A DNA stretch of 64,000 bases from Minisyncoccota bacterium (GCA_035583355.1 DATEZQ010000008.1:36610-100609); one strand, 5' to 3'; numbered from the stretch's first letter, positions 1 through 9,839 are shown. The notes: a model not told the origin generated them from the letters alone. A program made the numbers and translations.

Positions 1-408
1 GCACGAACAGTATTCAGCGCATCTAGCCTGATTACTGTTTACTGATTACTGTTCACTAACTACGAGAACATGACGAAAAAATACCTGAGAGCAAAAAGCC
101 CCTTCAGGTTTCAGATCAATACGTTCTTTGTTATGCTGAGTTCTTCAAAGCGTGGATTATACTCAACCAACCAACACCTCCAGCAGTTACTCATTCACGA
201 GGATATGCAAGGCATTATAACGCCTTCTCCACAGGTTTGTCAAGCGAATCTATTGACATTCTGTGGATAAACGCTAGGAAAACTTGTGGATAGCCGGTAA
301 TTGAACTCATTAGGACTATTTACGGCTTACATTCAAGGAAATTTGCTGTTTGACTTTGATTACCTTCGTGTTAGCCTTAAGACAGAACAATCGGCATGGA
401 GGTGCCCA

Positions 409-696
409 ATGTACAATCTCCACCCACTATTTCACTGTGCGAGCTGTGGTGAGCTCATTATCGGAAAAGCAATTTTCTGCATCGGTAGCGAACCACATAC
501 CAAGATGGACGAGAAGATTCGCTGCACGTACGACGTGCACGGAAATCACGACCAGACTGAGGTTGTTCTCCTTTCTGGCTGCCAGGTTGGCCGCACTGGT
601 AGCTTCCTTATGCCTGCTCCCCATCTTTGCGACGACGTGACCTCGGGCTTCCTGAGACATGTCGGCTACAAAAGCATTCTACTGAGTGACGAATAA
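409..696 (+). CDS. Small Cys/His-containing hypothetical protein. A longer ORF from 301 is possible, but the RBS-proximal ATG at 409 is preferred.
   Basis: ORF with a GGAGGT Shine-Dalgarno a few nt upstream of the ATG at 409. A hairpin plus T-run terminator follows at 701-740. No family recognised. G+C somewhat above the local background. Confidence 0.35.
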   Translation: MYNLHPLFHCASCGELIIGKAIFCIGSEPHTKMDEKIRCTYDVHGNHDQTEVVLLSGCQVGRTGSFLMPAPHLCDDVTSGFLRHVGYKSILLSDE

Positions 697-700
697 ATCA

Positions 701-740
701 AAAGGCTTGCGCAGTGCGCGGGCCTTTTTCTATTTTTCGA
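701..740 (+). terminator. Rho-independent terminator
   Basis: The GC-rich hairpin aaaggcttgcgcagtgcgcgggccttt is followed by tttctattttt. Confidence 0.55.
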
Positions 741-774
741 ACGCCTCCACGTGCCAAAATAGTTATGTTATCAT

Positions 775-1296
775 TTGCTTATGATATACATCCGAAACCA
801 CCACCGAAAGGACATTCCCTATCGCATCACATGGCTAAACGATGAGTTGGTAAATAAATACCTGGGAGGCGACCCAAAAGTTAAAACTACAGAAAAGAGG
901 CAGCAAGAGTGGTTTGATCGCTATGAGAAGTCAAAGGACAAGAAATTCTTTACAATCTGTGATGAGAAAATCCCCGTGGGCTTCATGGGGCTGACCAAGA
1001 TAGATAAAGCAAACAAGCATGCGGATATTTTTATCGCAATTGGCGCTAGCGCTTATAGGGGTAAGGGCTTCGGACGAGCGGCACTCTCATATCTCATTGA
1101 CTTTGGGTTTAACACGCTTAAATTGCACAAGCTCAGCCTAAGCGTCGCTGCAGAAAATTTGAAGGCAGTGAAATTCTACAAGAAGTCCGGCTTTAAATTA
1201 GAGGGTAAAATAAAAGATGATTATTTTGATGAAAACAAATTTCATGATACTTACCTAATGGCACTATTTCCATCAAACAAAAAGAACAATGCATAG
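775..1296 (+). CDS. GNAT family N-acetyltransferase
   Basis: The translation has a GNAT-like core (…FIAIGASAYRGKGFGRAALSYLIDFGFNTLKLHKLSLSVAAENLKAVKFYKKSGFK…). A hairpin plus T-run terminator follows directly after the stop. Confidence 0.7.
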   Translation: MLMIYIRNHHRKDIPYRITWLNDELVNKYLGGDPKVKTTEKRQQEWFDRYEKSKDKKFFTICDEKIPVGFMGLTKIDKANKHADIFIAIGASAYRGKGFGRAALSYLIDFGFNTLKLHKLSLSVAAENLKAVKFYKKSGFKLEGKIKDDYFDENKFHDTYLMALFPSNKKNNA

Positions 1297-1309
1297 CATT
1301 GTTCTTTTT

Positions 1310-1436
1310 TAGACTTTAGATTTTTGATGCAGGTTGCCTTGCTGGAGGCATGCGAATTTTAGCGAGCCGTATGCGGTATACGGTGAGCGAATCGCATGCT
1401 GAAGCATGGCAAGATGCGCAAAAATATGAAGTCTAA
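1310..1436. repeat. MITE-like intergenic hairpin element, copy A of 4
   Basis: Terminal inverted repeats tagacttTAGatttttg / caaaaatATGaagtcta. Core gatgcaggttgccttgctggaggc … gctgaagcatggcaagatgcgc around the central hairpin ccgtatgcggtatacgg. Homologous to the elements at 9136, 38942 and 42114. Confidence 0.6.
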
Positions 1437-3257
1437 TTAATCCATGTCGGAGCGAATCATTTTGACAAACACGTCTGGCGGGATATGAACGTTTGCTGAT
1501 TCCTGCATCTTCTTCTTTCCCTTCTTCTGCTTCTCCAAAAGCTTCATCTTTCGGGTGATGTCACCTCCATAGAGATAACCTGTCACATCCTTACGGAATG
1601 CAGAGAGCTCCTTCGATGAAACGATGCGTCCCATCGCACGTGCCTGAATCTTGATCTTAATCTGCTGGCGAGGAAGCACCTTGAAGAGCTTTTCCACTGC
1701 AGCATCTGCATCATCCTGCATACGACGACGTGAGACAACACGTGCAAAGGCGGGTACCGGGTCTCCCCCGACGAGCAAGTCCATGCGCACCACATCAGCG
1801 TCACGCATTCCCGCAATATCATACGAGAGCGATGCATAACCCGAGGACACCGACTTCAAACGATCGAAGAATCCACGCATAAGCTCACGTAGTGGCATCA
1901 CAAACTTTATCTGGAAACGATTGTCTCCAAAAATATCAGAATCCCCTGTTTCTGCTTCGTGCTCGAAGAGGAGCTGCGAAACGGGACCGACATAGTCAGG
2001 TGGTGTAATAATCGAACCATCAATCCAGGGCTCACGTACCTTCTCGATATCCGCATCATCAGGAAAGAGCGCAGCAGAGTACACAATCAGTGGCTCTTCC
2101 TTTTTGCGCATCTTCACCTCATAGGTAATCGACGGCGTCGTCACCACAAGTGCGAGCTGGTGCTCACGGCGCAGACGCTCAGTCACAATTTCCAGGTGAA
2201 GCATACCTAGACAACCACAACGGAATCCGCGACCAAGCGTACCCGATGCCTCTTCTTCATAGGTAAGCGCAGAATCTGAGAGCTGCAAGCGCTGCAATGC
2301 CTGACGGAGGACATCGAGGTCATCCTGGCTTTCAGGAAATACCGAGGCCCAAACAACCGGTCGAGGCTTTGCGTAACCCGCAAGCGCAGGAAGTGCTTGC
2401 TTCGTCAGCGTCACTGTATCACCAACACCCGCGACACCTGGTCGCTTGATGCCGGTCACGATATAGCCAATCTCTCCTGCATGAATTTCATCTGCGGGTG
2501 TTTGTGCGGGAAGGAAATGCCCAACTTCGATACCGAAGAACTTCTCCTTCGCTGCAATGAATGAAAGCTCAGCACCCTTTGTAATCTTTCCATCAAGTAC
2601 ACGCACAAAGAGAATGACACCGCGGTGGTTTGAGTATGCGAAGTCGAAGATAAGTGCACGCGCACCAGGCTTTCCGTGGAATTCCTCAGTTGGAGGTGGG
2701 ACACGATCGACAATGGCATCGAGGAGCTCCTGTACGCCAGCACCCGTCTTCCCCGAGACAGTCATGATCGATGAAGGATCACAATCAAGAAGCTGCACGA
2801 CTTCGTCAGTCACCTCAGCTACATCAGCGAGTGGGGAATCTATCTTTGAGAGCACAGGAATGATCGTGAGTCCTTGCTCACGCGCCATCGCAAGCACCGA
2901 GAGTGTCTGTGCCTGCACACCCTGTGTCGCGTCGACAAGCAAAATACAGCCCTCGACAGCTTTTTGTGCGCGAGAGACTTCATAGGAGAAATCGATATGC
3001 CCCGGTGTGTCGATGAGGTTCAAGATATAGTCCTCACCTCCCTTCTTATAGTGCATGCGCACCGGTGTCATCTTGATGGTGATGCCGCGCTCACGCTCCA
3101 GATCCATCGAATCGAGCACCTGTGCCTGCATCTCACGAGCACTCACGGTACGCGTGATTTCAAGCATGCGATCAGAAAGCGTCGACTTACCGTGGTCGAT
3201 GTGGGCGATAATACTGAAATTGCGGATATGCGACTTGGTCATACGTAATGAGGGCAT
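1437..3257 (-). CDS. lepA: Elongation factor 4 (LepA), translational GTPase
   Basis: N-terminal FSIIAHIDHGKSTLSDR G-domain, the DTPGHIDF motif, and full-length similarity to LepA along its 606 aa. Confidence 0.95.
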   Translation of the reverse strand: MPSLRMTKSHIRNFSIIAHIDHGKSTLSDRMLEITRTVSAREMQAQVLDSMDLERERGITIKMTPVRMHYKKGGEDYILNLIDTPGHIDFSYEVSRAQKAVEGCILLVDATQGVQAQTLSVLAMAREQGLTIIPVLSKIDSPLADVAEVTDEVVQLLDCDPSSIMTVSGKTGAGVQELLDAIVDRVPPPTEEFHGKPGARALIFDFAYSNHRGVILFVRVLDGKITKGAELSFIAAKEKFFGIEVGHFLPAQTPADEIHAGEIGYIVTGIKRPGVAGVGDTVTLTKQALPALAGYAKPRPVVWASVFPESQDDLDVLRQALQRLQLSDSALTYEEEASGTLGRGFRCGCLGMLHLEIVTERLRREHQLALVVTTPSITYEVKMRKKEEPLIVYSAALFPDDADIEKVREPWIDGSIITPPDYVGPVSQLLFEHEAETGDSDIFGDNRFQIKFVMPLRELMRGFFDRLKSVSSGYASLSYDIAGMRDADVVRMDLLVGGDPVPAFARVVSRRRMQDDADAAVEKLFKVLPRQQIKIKIQARAMGRIVSSKELSAFRKDVTGYLYGGDITRKMKLLEKQKKGKKKMQESANVHIPPDVFVKMIRSDMD

Positions 3258-3272
3258 ACTAGCATAAAATGC

Positions 3273-3397
3273 GGGAATGGGGTATGGGGAATAGGGTATG
3301 GGGAAAATTCATAAATAAAATTCGAGCACCTTCAGTGCTCAAATTTTGAATGTATTTTGAATTTTCCTATACCCTATTCCCTTTTTCCTATTTACCC
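3273..3397. repeat. G-rich heptad inverted-repeat element, copy E1
   Basis: gggaatggggtatggggaatagggtatgggg on the left; its inverse complement cctataccctattccctttttccta on the right. The central hairpin is gagcaccttcagtgctc. Lies between the lepA start and the murJ stop. Confidence 0.55.
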
Positions 3398-3491
3398 GTG
3401 AGCGACTCAGTGAAACTGAGGCGTGAGTTGAAGTGCGTGGCGGAGGCCACTCCTTATCGGACAAGACCGCCTGGCCCGCGATGCGGCGGTC

Positions 3492-5183
3492 TTACTGAAT
3501 CACCGTCTCCGTTTCAGTAACGATTGGCTTTTGCTTCCAGAACTTCTTATGTACTGCATCCCTAGTCTCCTTATACTCGGTATTATCAAGAATAGTAAAG
3601 AAGAACATTCCAACAATAACTGCAAGACCTCCGCTAATAAGACCCTGACCCAAAATACCGAGCAGTGTCTTTTGATCGATGTAGGTCACCGAAAACTGGA
3701 GCATGTAATATGCAACAGCACCCATGATCACTGCGACAGAGAAACTCTGCACAAAAGCGCGACGTATGCCAAGCCACACGTGATTCACAATCTTATGCAG
3801 CGCAACCAGCAACAAACTGACATTAATAATCATGCCAAGGGAATACGCGAGCGGCAACATCAGGACACTTGTCCCCTGCAATCCGTCAACACGAAGGATT
3901 GTCTCAATGAAATATCGGAATATCGGAGAATATCCAAAGAATGCGGTGAGGCCATATGCAAAAGCAATAATAAGTGCTCCTGAAAATGCATTGATGGTGA
4001 GTGGTACCTTCGAGTTGCCCGCGGCATAGAATGCACGAGTGAACAGCGAGACGAGTGACTGTGCGGCAACAGAGATTACGAAGAGCGCAAGTGCTGCTGC
4101 AACAAGTCGTGTCGCACTCCAATCAAAACGACCCGTACCTAGGACCACACGGACTATTTGTGCACGAAGCACAACAAAAAGCGCAGTAACAGGGAGCGAC
4201 CAAAAGATGATATGCCTTGCCGCACTTAAGAGATGCTCGCGGAAAAGATGATACTCCTCCTGGGCCCAGAATTTTGCAAATGTCGGAAATGCGGCAACAG
4301 AATAGCTGGAACCGATTATTGTGAACGTGATACTCTGCAGCGTCATGCCGAAAGTAAATATTGCTACACCACCCTCGACGTGTGACGCGATACCAATGAT
4401 GGCAATAGTTGCAAGATGTGAGGACGTGAGAGCAATTGTTCGAGGTATTGAAGTAAGAAACACGCGCTTTACTTCTTTCATGTGCCCAAACAAAAATCCC
4501 GGAACAAGCTTTTCGCGCACAAGCACAGGGAGCATAATAAGATCCTGAAGCAAAGCCCCACAGACCACACCCCACGCAAGACCATAGATTCCAAAATATG
4601 GATAGAGAAATATGATTCCAAAAATGATACCAAGGTTATAGACTGCAGGACTTATCGCATAGACAAAGAAGCGCTGCAATGACTGCGTCAGCGCACCGTA
4701 AAGATTTGAAAGACCCTGAAAGATTGGCGAGAGTAAAAGGATGCGTGCAACATTGATATTCACCGCCTGTTCCGCTGGGCTAAAACCAGGAACAAGCCAG
4801 GGAACGATCTGTGGCATGAAGACAAATGCGACACCACAAATAATAACAAAAGCTGATATAAATGCAGTGAACATTGCACTCATAAATTTCTTCAGCTCAC
4901 CATTTCCCTTTTTCGCATATTCTGCAATGAAGGGAATAAGTACGGTGATTGCTACCGCCGACCCCAGTGTGTCATAGAGAAAATCTGGCACTCGGAATGC
5001 AGAGTAATAGATATCGAGTTGTGTTCCTGCTCCGAAATGAGCAGCGAGTAGACGATCTCTAAAGAATCCAAGCAGTTGTGCAACGAGTGCCATCGAACCC
5101 AAAAGCAGCGCAGCCTCATGAAGACTGCCCCACTCTTTGTGCAATAGGTTAATTATTCTGCGTACCATATATGTTTTCCCCAA
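3492..5183 (-). CDS. murJ: Lipid II flippase MurJ (MviN)
   Basis: 563-aa polytopic membrane protein. The N-terminus LLGFFRDRLLAAHFGAGTQLDIYYSAFRVPDFLYDTLGSAV is typical MurJ/MviN. Confidence 0.9.
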   Translation of the reverse strand: MGKTYMVRRIINLLHKEWGSLHEAALLLGSMALVAQLLGFFRDRLLAAHFGAGTQLDIYYSAFRVPDFLYDTLGSAVAITVLIPFIAEYAKKGNGELKKFMSAMFTAFISAFVIICGVAFVFMPQIVPWLVPGFSPAEQAVNINVARILLLSPIFQGLSNLYGALTQSLQRFFVYAISPAVYNLGIIFGIIFLYPYFGIYGLAWGVVCGALLQDLIMLPVLVREKLVPGFLFGHMKEVKRVFLTSIPRTIALTSSHLATIAIIGIASHVEGGVAIFTFGMTLQSITFTIIGSSYSVAAFPTFAKFWAQEEYHLFREHLLSAARHIIFWSLPVTALFVVLRAQIVRVVLGTGRFDWSATRLVAAALALFVISVAAQSLVSLFTRAFYAAGNSKVPLTINAFSGALIIAFAYGLTAFFGYSPIFRYFIETILRVDGLQGTSVLMLPLAYSLGMIINVSLLLVALHKIVNHVWLGIRRAFVQSFSVAVIMGAVAYYMLQFSVTYIDQKTLLGILGQGLISGGLAVIVGMFFFTILDNTEYKETRDAVHKKFWKQKPIVTETETVIQ

Positions 5184-7551
5184 ATGGGTCGCTCCCTTGT
5201 TCTATAGCACTAATGACCTGATTCAGCAACTCATGGCGAGAGTTCGATTGCTGCACGATTCGGAGCTGCTGCAGTGCAAAATCTTTCTCTCCCATCCTAT
5301 AAGCAGAAGCCGCAAGATAGAAACGTGCATCTGCATGCTGCGCATTGGACCTCAGCGCTGCCGCAAACTGTTTTGCAGCTTCACCGAATGATGCTTCGTC
5401 ATAGTAAAATTTTCCAAGCGCATATCTTGTCGAAGGATCATTTTGTTCTGACTCAACCGCACGAATCAATAGTGCCCTTACACCCTCGGAATCATTACTG
5501 CTCATGAGTATCTGCATGAGCGCAGCGAGCGATGGTTTATGACTCGGGCGAGTAGATAATGCCTTTCGAAACCAAGCCGTCGCGCCCTGCTGATCGCCAT
5601 TTGCAAGCGCTGTACGCCCCGCATAATACATTACATCAGGTGAAGTGGGGTCGCGAAGCAGTGCCGCGCTATAGGCATCTGTTGCTGGGCCGTAAGCCGA
5701 TACCACCCCCAGCGTCGCAAGTGCCTCATAAGATGCGCCCTTTTGCACATAATTTCTTGACTTTGTTGGGTTAAGGCGTACTGCCTCATCAGAGGATACG
5801 GTAGCAACTTGGATAAGTTCAAATGCGCGCTTCATAACCTCATCTTTAGAGGCAACGCTCAACCGCTTCGTCTTATCGAGTTCAAGCAGTGCAAGAACGG
5901 ATATGTCTCGCGCATAGGCATCTGATGGAAACAACTGGTGCGCCTTGAAAATCTCAGATCGAGCGCCGACTACGTCTCCGTCAAGTGCCAAAAGCTGCCC
6001 CATTCGATAATGTCTGAATGCCATAATCTCACGAGCAAGCACGAATGTGATGATGATAATTCCGAGCAACTTAATGAATGCCATTGCAGTCAACATAATA
6101 TTTGACCCCTTGTATGTTGCATTGATGACAACACTCTGAACTAAACCCGCAACACTAAGCGCTGCAAGATATCCACCAATTGAAATAAATAGCAAACCAA
6201 GAACACTTACTCCTGGTGTTCCAAAGACAACAAACAAAAGGAGAAAAGCTGAGATGGTATACAGGGTCACTACAATAAAACCCACTGAACGTGCTGCAGT
6301 AAGCGCTCGGCGTAAGTAGCGCGATGCAGCAAAAAAAGCTCCGAGAAAATACAGTAGCACTGCTGCACCCACCAACCCCGAAGTCACCACTAGTGTAGGG
6401 AAAAACCCAAAACCTTGATCGAATACCTTATCCCAAACTGGAGTAACATTGAACGCGGTATCCTTGTAGCGCAGGAAAGCATCAGCAAAACGATTCGGTC
6501 CTACCCCGAACACAGGAGAATCATTCAATGCCCGCCTTGCAATTGAAGCAGTTTCCCATAGAGAAAGGTGAGGCGAAGGAATGGGGTCAATACGAGTGAA
6601 TTGCTGCATACGCTCCGTTACTGTCGCAGCACCAAGCGAAATATTCCCCGCTCCAAAAGAGAAGGCAAGTGCAAGAACGAAAACAATTATTGCAGTTCGC
6701 GGCACTCGAGTGAGTGCAATTAAATATGCGCCGAGCCAAGAACGTCGGTTATTTACCACTCGAAGCACGTGCGCGATATCACTCATAATTACAAAGAGCC
6801 ACACAGAGAGTACAAGCGTGAGTACATACCACACCAAACTATAATTAACTGCAACCAGTAACGGGAATGGGAGGAACACTCCAATATAACCCCAAAATCG
6901 AAGCGACTTCTTTTCGCGATAAAAGTACAAGACGGAAAGTGCGATGATGATTAACACACCAAGTAAAATCGCAAAATCATGGTATGAGCCGGCCAGTGAC
7001 TGTATACCCTTTACATACATTGAATTTGAGCCAGGTACAGCGTAAGACGCAAGAAGCAATATCGAACTTCCGGCTAGCGCAATAATCAATGATCGTAAAC
7101 GCCAAACTGAGTTAAATACGATTCCGGAAATGCACAATGCAGCGAAAGAGAGTACGATCATCACTACGGTGCCGATTTCACCACCGATACCAAAGAATGA
7201 TATTCGGGGAACGGGCGAAAACGCACCTGCGAGTACAAAGAATAGGAGTGCGATCCATGAAGCATAGAATATCGCACTCCTTGGAAAAGATAATGTCTGG
7301 TCCCTAAGATATGCTCCAATAAGCAATACAGCAGAAAGCAGTACAGTAAATTGGAAAAAGATTGCTTTACTAAATGAAAGACCAAAATTCGTGCCAGGCA
7401 ATATAAACACCGGGAGAAGGAATGACAACATCAGAAATAGGACTGCGGCAACACGAACGTTGAATACACTTTTAGGGAAAATTGCTCCGAAGATACGTTG
7501 CGTAATACTTCGATCCCCCAAACTCCTTCTATCGTGTATCTGATTATTCAT
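5149..7551 (-). CDS. Large polytopic membrane protein with an O-antigen-ligase-like (Wzy_C-type) core and C-terminal TPR repeats
   Basis: 800 aa with more than 10 predicted TM helices. The C-terminal ~250 aa are TPR-like (…ALGKFYYDEASFGEAAKQFAAALRSNAQHADARFYLAASAYRMGEKDFALQQL…). Overlaps the murJ ORF by 35 bp. Confidence 0.55.
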   Translation of the reverse strand: MNNQIHDRRSLGDRSITQRIFGAIFPKSVFNVRVAAVLFLMLSFLLPVFILPGTNFGLSFSKAIFFQFTVLLSAVLLIGAYLRDQTLSFPRSAIFYASWIALLFFVLAGAFSPVPRISFFGIGGEIGTVVMIVLSFAALCISGIVFNSVWRLRSLIIALAGSSILLLASYAVPGSNSMYVKGIQSLAGSYHDFAILLGVLIIIALSVLYFYREKKSLRFWGYIGVFLPFPLLVAVNYSLVWYVLTLVLSVWLFVIMSDIAHVLRVVNNRRSWLGAYLIALTRVPRTAIIVFVLALAFSFGAGNISLGAATVTERMQQFTRIDPIPSPHLSLWETASIARRALNDSPVFGVGPNRFADAFLRYKDTAFNVTPVWDKVFDQGFGFFPTLVVTSGLVGAAVLLYFLGAFFAASRYLRRALTAARSVGFIVVTLYTISAFLLLFVVFGTPGVSVLGLLFISIGGYLAALSVAGLVQSVVINATYKGSNIMLTAMAFIKLLGIIIITFVLAREIMAFRHYRMGQLLALDGDVVGARSEIFKAHQLFPSDAYARDISVLALLELDKTKRLSVASKDEVMKRAFELIQVATVSSDEAVRLNPTKSRNYVQKGASYEALATLGVVSAYGPATDAYSAALLRDPTSPDVMYYAGRTALANGDQQGATAWFRKALSTRPSHKPSLAALMQILMSSNDSEGVRALLIRAVESEQNDPSTRYALGKFYYDEASFGEAAKQFAAALRSNAQHADARFYLAASAYRMGEKDFALQQLRIVQQSNSRHELLNQVISAIEQGSDPFGENIYGTQNN

Positions 7552-7640
7552 ATGGAGATTTACGTCGCTTAAAGTATATGAATTATAACATATTCACTCA
7601 TCCAATAATAAAAATGCCACGGAAACCGTGACATTTTTAT

Positions 7641-7980
7641 TTCCACCCGATAAGCCGAATTCTGTACCGACCGAAGTCGGGGACAATCATTTTTCTCCGA
7701 TGCTTGTTACCAAGCACCTCTAGCGGTACTCCACACTCTTGCGAGTGGGCACGACCTTGCACGGAAGTAAGGGTTTAGCCGTTTCACCCACGAGGTTACC
7801 CTCATGGCTCACCCCACCGAAATGGGGGCTTGAATTCTTTCGTCCTCAAGCGTCTCTGCTCGCACCTCGCGCATTACTGCGGACGGGAATTACCCGCTAC
7901 CCTGCTGCACATATCTTTCGACATGGCCCGAGTTCGGACTTTCCTCCCCTTTTTCAAGGAGCGATTGTCTGGATGGCTTG
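7641..7980 (-). ncRNA. rnpB: RNase P RNA, bacterial type A
   Basis: On the minus strand the 5' part reads CCATCC AGACAATCGC TCCTTGAAAAAGGGGAGGAAAGTCCGAACTC, matching the universal GGAGGAAAGTCCGGGCTCC and the E. coli AGACAGUCGC. The 3' part ACAGAATTCGGCTTATCGGGTGG matches ACAGAACCCGGCUUAUCGG. P1 pairs CCATCC with GGGTGG. A hairpin plus T-run terminator lies immediately 3' at 7610-7640. The ORF-track protein 7739..8050 (+) is antisense to this RNA and spurious. Confidence 0.85.
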
Positions 7981-8071
7981 CTCATTATTACACACAAAAA
8001 GCACATTGACAAGGTACAAAATAGAATGTATTATGCGCCCAGTCCTTTGAACCTTTCCTACAGGAGACTCC

Positions 8072-8446
8072 ATGAGTCACGCCACAACCCTACACACGAA
8101 TCCCTATACTGAGATCATGTCCGGCCTCCACTGGGGTGTCGGCGCTGGTGTCATCCTTGCAGCGTGCTTCGGCATGACGCAGGACGCACTCAGCAACATG
8201 GGAATCACCATCCAGATCCACAGCTATACCAGCATGATCGTGGGCCTAGGGTTCATGTTCGTCCTCAACTCCGCGCTCAGGGAGTTGCATGCGCTCTTCT
8301 CTTCGGTCGTCACAATCTCCTGTGCGGTCTTCTTCGCATTAGTGCAACACCAGTTCGCCGGTAAACCGCTCATCATTGTGAGCATCATCTCGTTAATCGT
8401 ATTGCTCTATGTCGCCTGCCTTTCCGCTGAACGGCACTGGCACTAA
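8072..8446 (+). CDS. Small hypothetical membrane protein with 3-4 TM helices
   Basis: Hydrophobic segments, an upstream AGGAG-like site (caggagactccATG), and a bidirectional terminator at 8459-8494. Confidence 0.5.
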   Translation: MSHATTLHTNPYTEIMSGLHWGVGAGVILAACFGMTQDALSNMGITIQIHSYTSMIVGLGFMFVLNSALRELHALFSSVVTISCAVFFALVQHQFAGKPLIIVSIISLIVLLYVACLSAERHWH

Positions 8447-8458
8447 ACAACAGAAACA

Positions 8459-8494
8459 CCAAAGCGCCTCCCCAAGAGGCGCTTTTCATTTTTA
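8459..8494. terminator. Bidirectional rho-independent terminator
   Basis: aaagcgcctccccaagaggcgcttt hairpin with flanking T/A runs. Sits between convergent genes. Confidence 0.6.
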
Positions 8495-8950
8495 TATACA
8501 ATTAAATTGGATTTGATCACCAACATGCACAGGACTTCCAAGCTCTCCAACCGAAGCGATCTCGAGGACGCGAGATACCGGAGATGGAGAAGTAAATGTT
8601 CTCGGATAAGAATCGGGAGTTGCATGCGTCTCCACACCAACAACTCTCCAGCTCTTATCGATCCAAATGATATCTATCGGGAAATTCATATCCTTCATCC
8701 AAAATGCACGGACCGATGATGATGGGAAAAGAAAGAGCATACCTTCATCGAGCGGGAGCGCAGGTCTTCCTGACAGACCTTGTTCCCACTCTGCAGGATT
8801 CATTGCAAGGGTGACCGCATAGCGTAATGACCCTACTGCAGCAACACCTTTATTACTCACACAGACTGATGGAGTTTGATGTTTCGTAGCAAAAACTGCA
8901 ATGAGCACCATCGCAACAAGTGGCCCCAGAAGTACGAGTAACTTCTTCAT
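8492..8950 (-). CDS. Secreted DUF192 family protein
   Basis: Signal peptide MKKLLVLLGPLVAMVLIAVFA. The DUF192 signature GMLFLFP … FWMKDMNFPIDIIWID. Confidence 0.75.
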   Translation of the reverse strand: MKKLLVLLGPLVAMVLIAVFATKHQTPSVCVSNKGVAAVGSLRYAVTLAMNPAEWEQGLSGRPALPLDEGMLFLFPSSSVRAFWMKDMNFPIDIIWIDKSWRVVGVETHATPDSYPRTFTSPSPVSRVLEIASVGELGSPVHVGDQIQFNCI

Positions 8951-9135
8951 ATTAGGAAAAGTATAGCACTTTTTAATGCAAATGTAGGGGTTAAGGGAAT
9001 AAGGGGATAAGTAAATTCACAACCTAGATACAAAATTTTAGATAAATTTTACAGCAAACTCTCTATTATAAAACTCAAGAATTTGGATGAAGTTTGCCTT
9101 ATTGGAGACAAGAGAACCTCTAAATTACTATGTTT

Positions 9136-9266
9136 TTGGCGAAGGATTTATGGATGCAGTTTGCCCTGCTGGAGCGAGGTGGCGAAGGTAGACGTATTCG
9201 ATATACGGCGACTGAGCCACCGGAGCGAAGCAGGGCAAAATGCGCCGTAAAGACTCGCCAAAAATT
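9136..9266. repeat. MITE-like intergenic hairpin element, copy B
   Basis: Terminal inverted repeats tttttggcgaag / (ac)tcgccaaaaa. Core gatgcagtttgccctgctggagcg … gaagcagggcaaaatgcgcc. Central hairpin cgtattcgatatacg. Confidence 0.6.
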
Positions 9267-9440
9267 TAAAAGGGAGAGCTAGCGCTCTCCCTTCCCACAG
9301 TTTCCACGATGTATTGGAACATGACTTGTTCCTTCCTCCATACTACGCCCTTACTCGGTTCTCGCAATTGTGGATAACGCACAATCACACACTTTGCATC
9401 TACTGTCGAACAATAGTAAGTAGCCTCCACGACAAATTGA

Positions 9441-9839
9441 TTATGATGCTGGCGTGGTGGTCTTTTCAAGAACAGCACGCACGCGAAGCAAAACATCATC
9501 CATCGTCCATGCAGCCTTCACAAGAAAATCAAGTGCACCATTCTCCAGTGATTGTTGACTTGCACCCTCATCACTCAAGTTCGTCAATATAATCACGCGC
9601 GCAGTCTTTCCCCAATCATCAACGCGCATCTTTTTGAGCATCGTTAAACCATCCATTACTGGCATAATAATATCAAGCAAAATGAGATCGGGATGCTCAT
9701 GCAGAGCCAAATTGAGACCCTCCTCACCATCACGCGCCTCACGAACTTCGAAACCAGAAGAAGACAGCTTTCTTGCAAGCGCCTTTCGCAAAGGTGTTTC
9801 ATCTTCAACAATGAGCACTCGGGGTATTTGTTGTTCCAT
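9441..9839 (-). CDS. Stand-alone response regulator receiver (CheY-like, no output domain)
   Basis: PRVLIVEDE, then DLILLDIIMPVMDG, then T…K: a canonical REC domain of only ~133 aa. Start assigned to the internal Met (MEQQIPRV). Confidence 0.85.
   Translation of the reverse strand: MEQQIPRVLIVEDETPLRKALARKLSSSGFEVREARDGEEGLNLALHEHPDLILLDIIMPVMDGLTMLKKMRVDDWGKTARVIILTNLSDEGASQQSLENGALDFLVKAAWTMDDVLLRVRAVLEKTTTPAS

Noticed and set aside
3398-3510. Possible SRP (4.5S) RNA in the G+C-rich stretch after murJ
   Set aside because: I could not find the conserved domain IV motifs (AGGUCAGG / GGAAGGAAGCAGC). Similarity is too loose.
7739-8050. 103-aa ORF on the plus strand
   Set aside because: Lies entirely antisense to the RNase P RNA identified here.
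9266-9592. 77-aa and 92-aa ORFs in the 8950-9440 gap
   Set aside because: They overlap the MITE-like element B and the intergenic repeat region. No coding signal.
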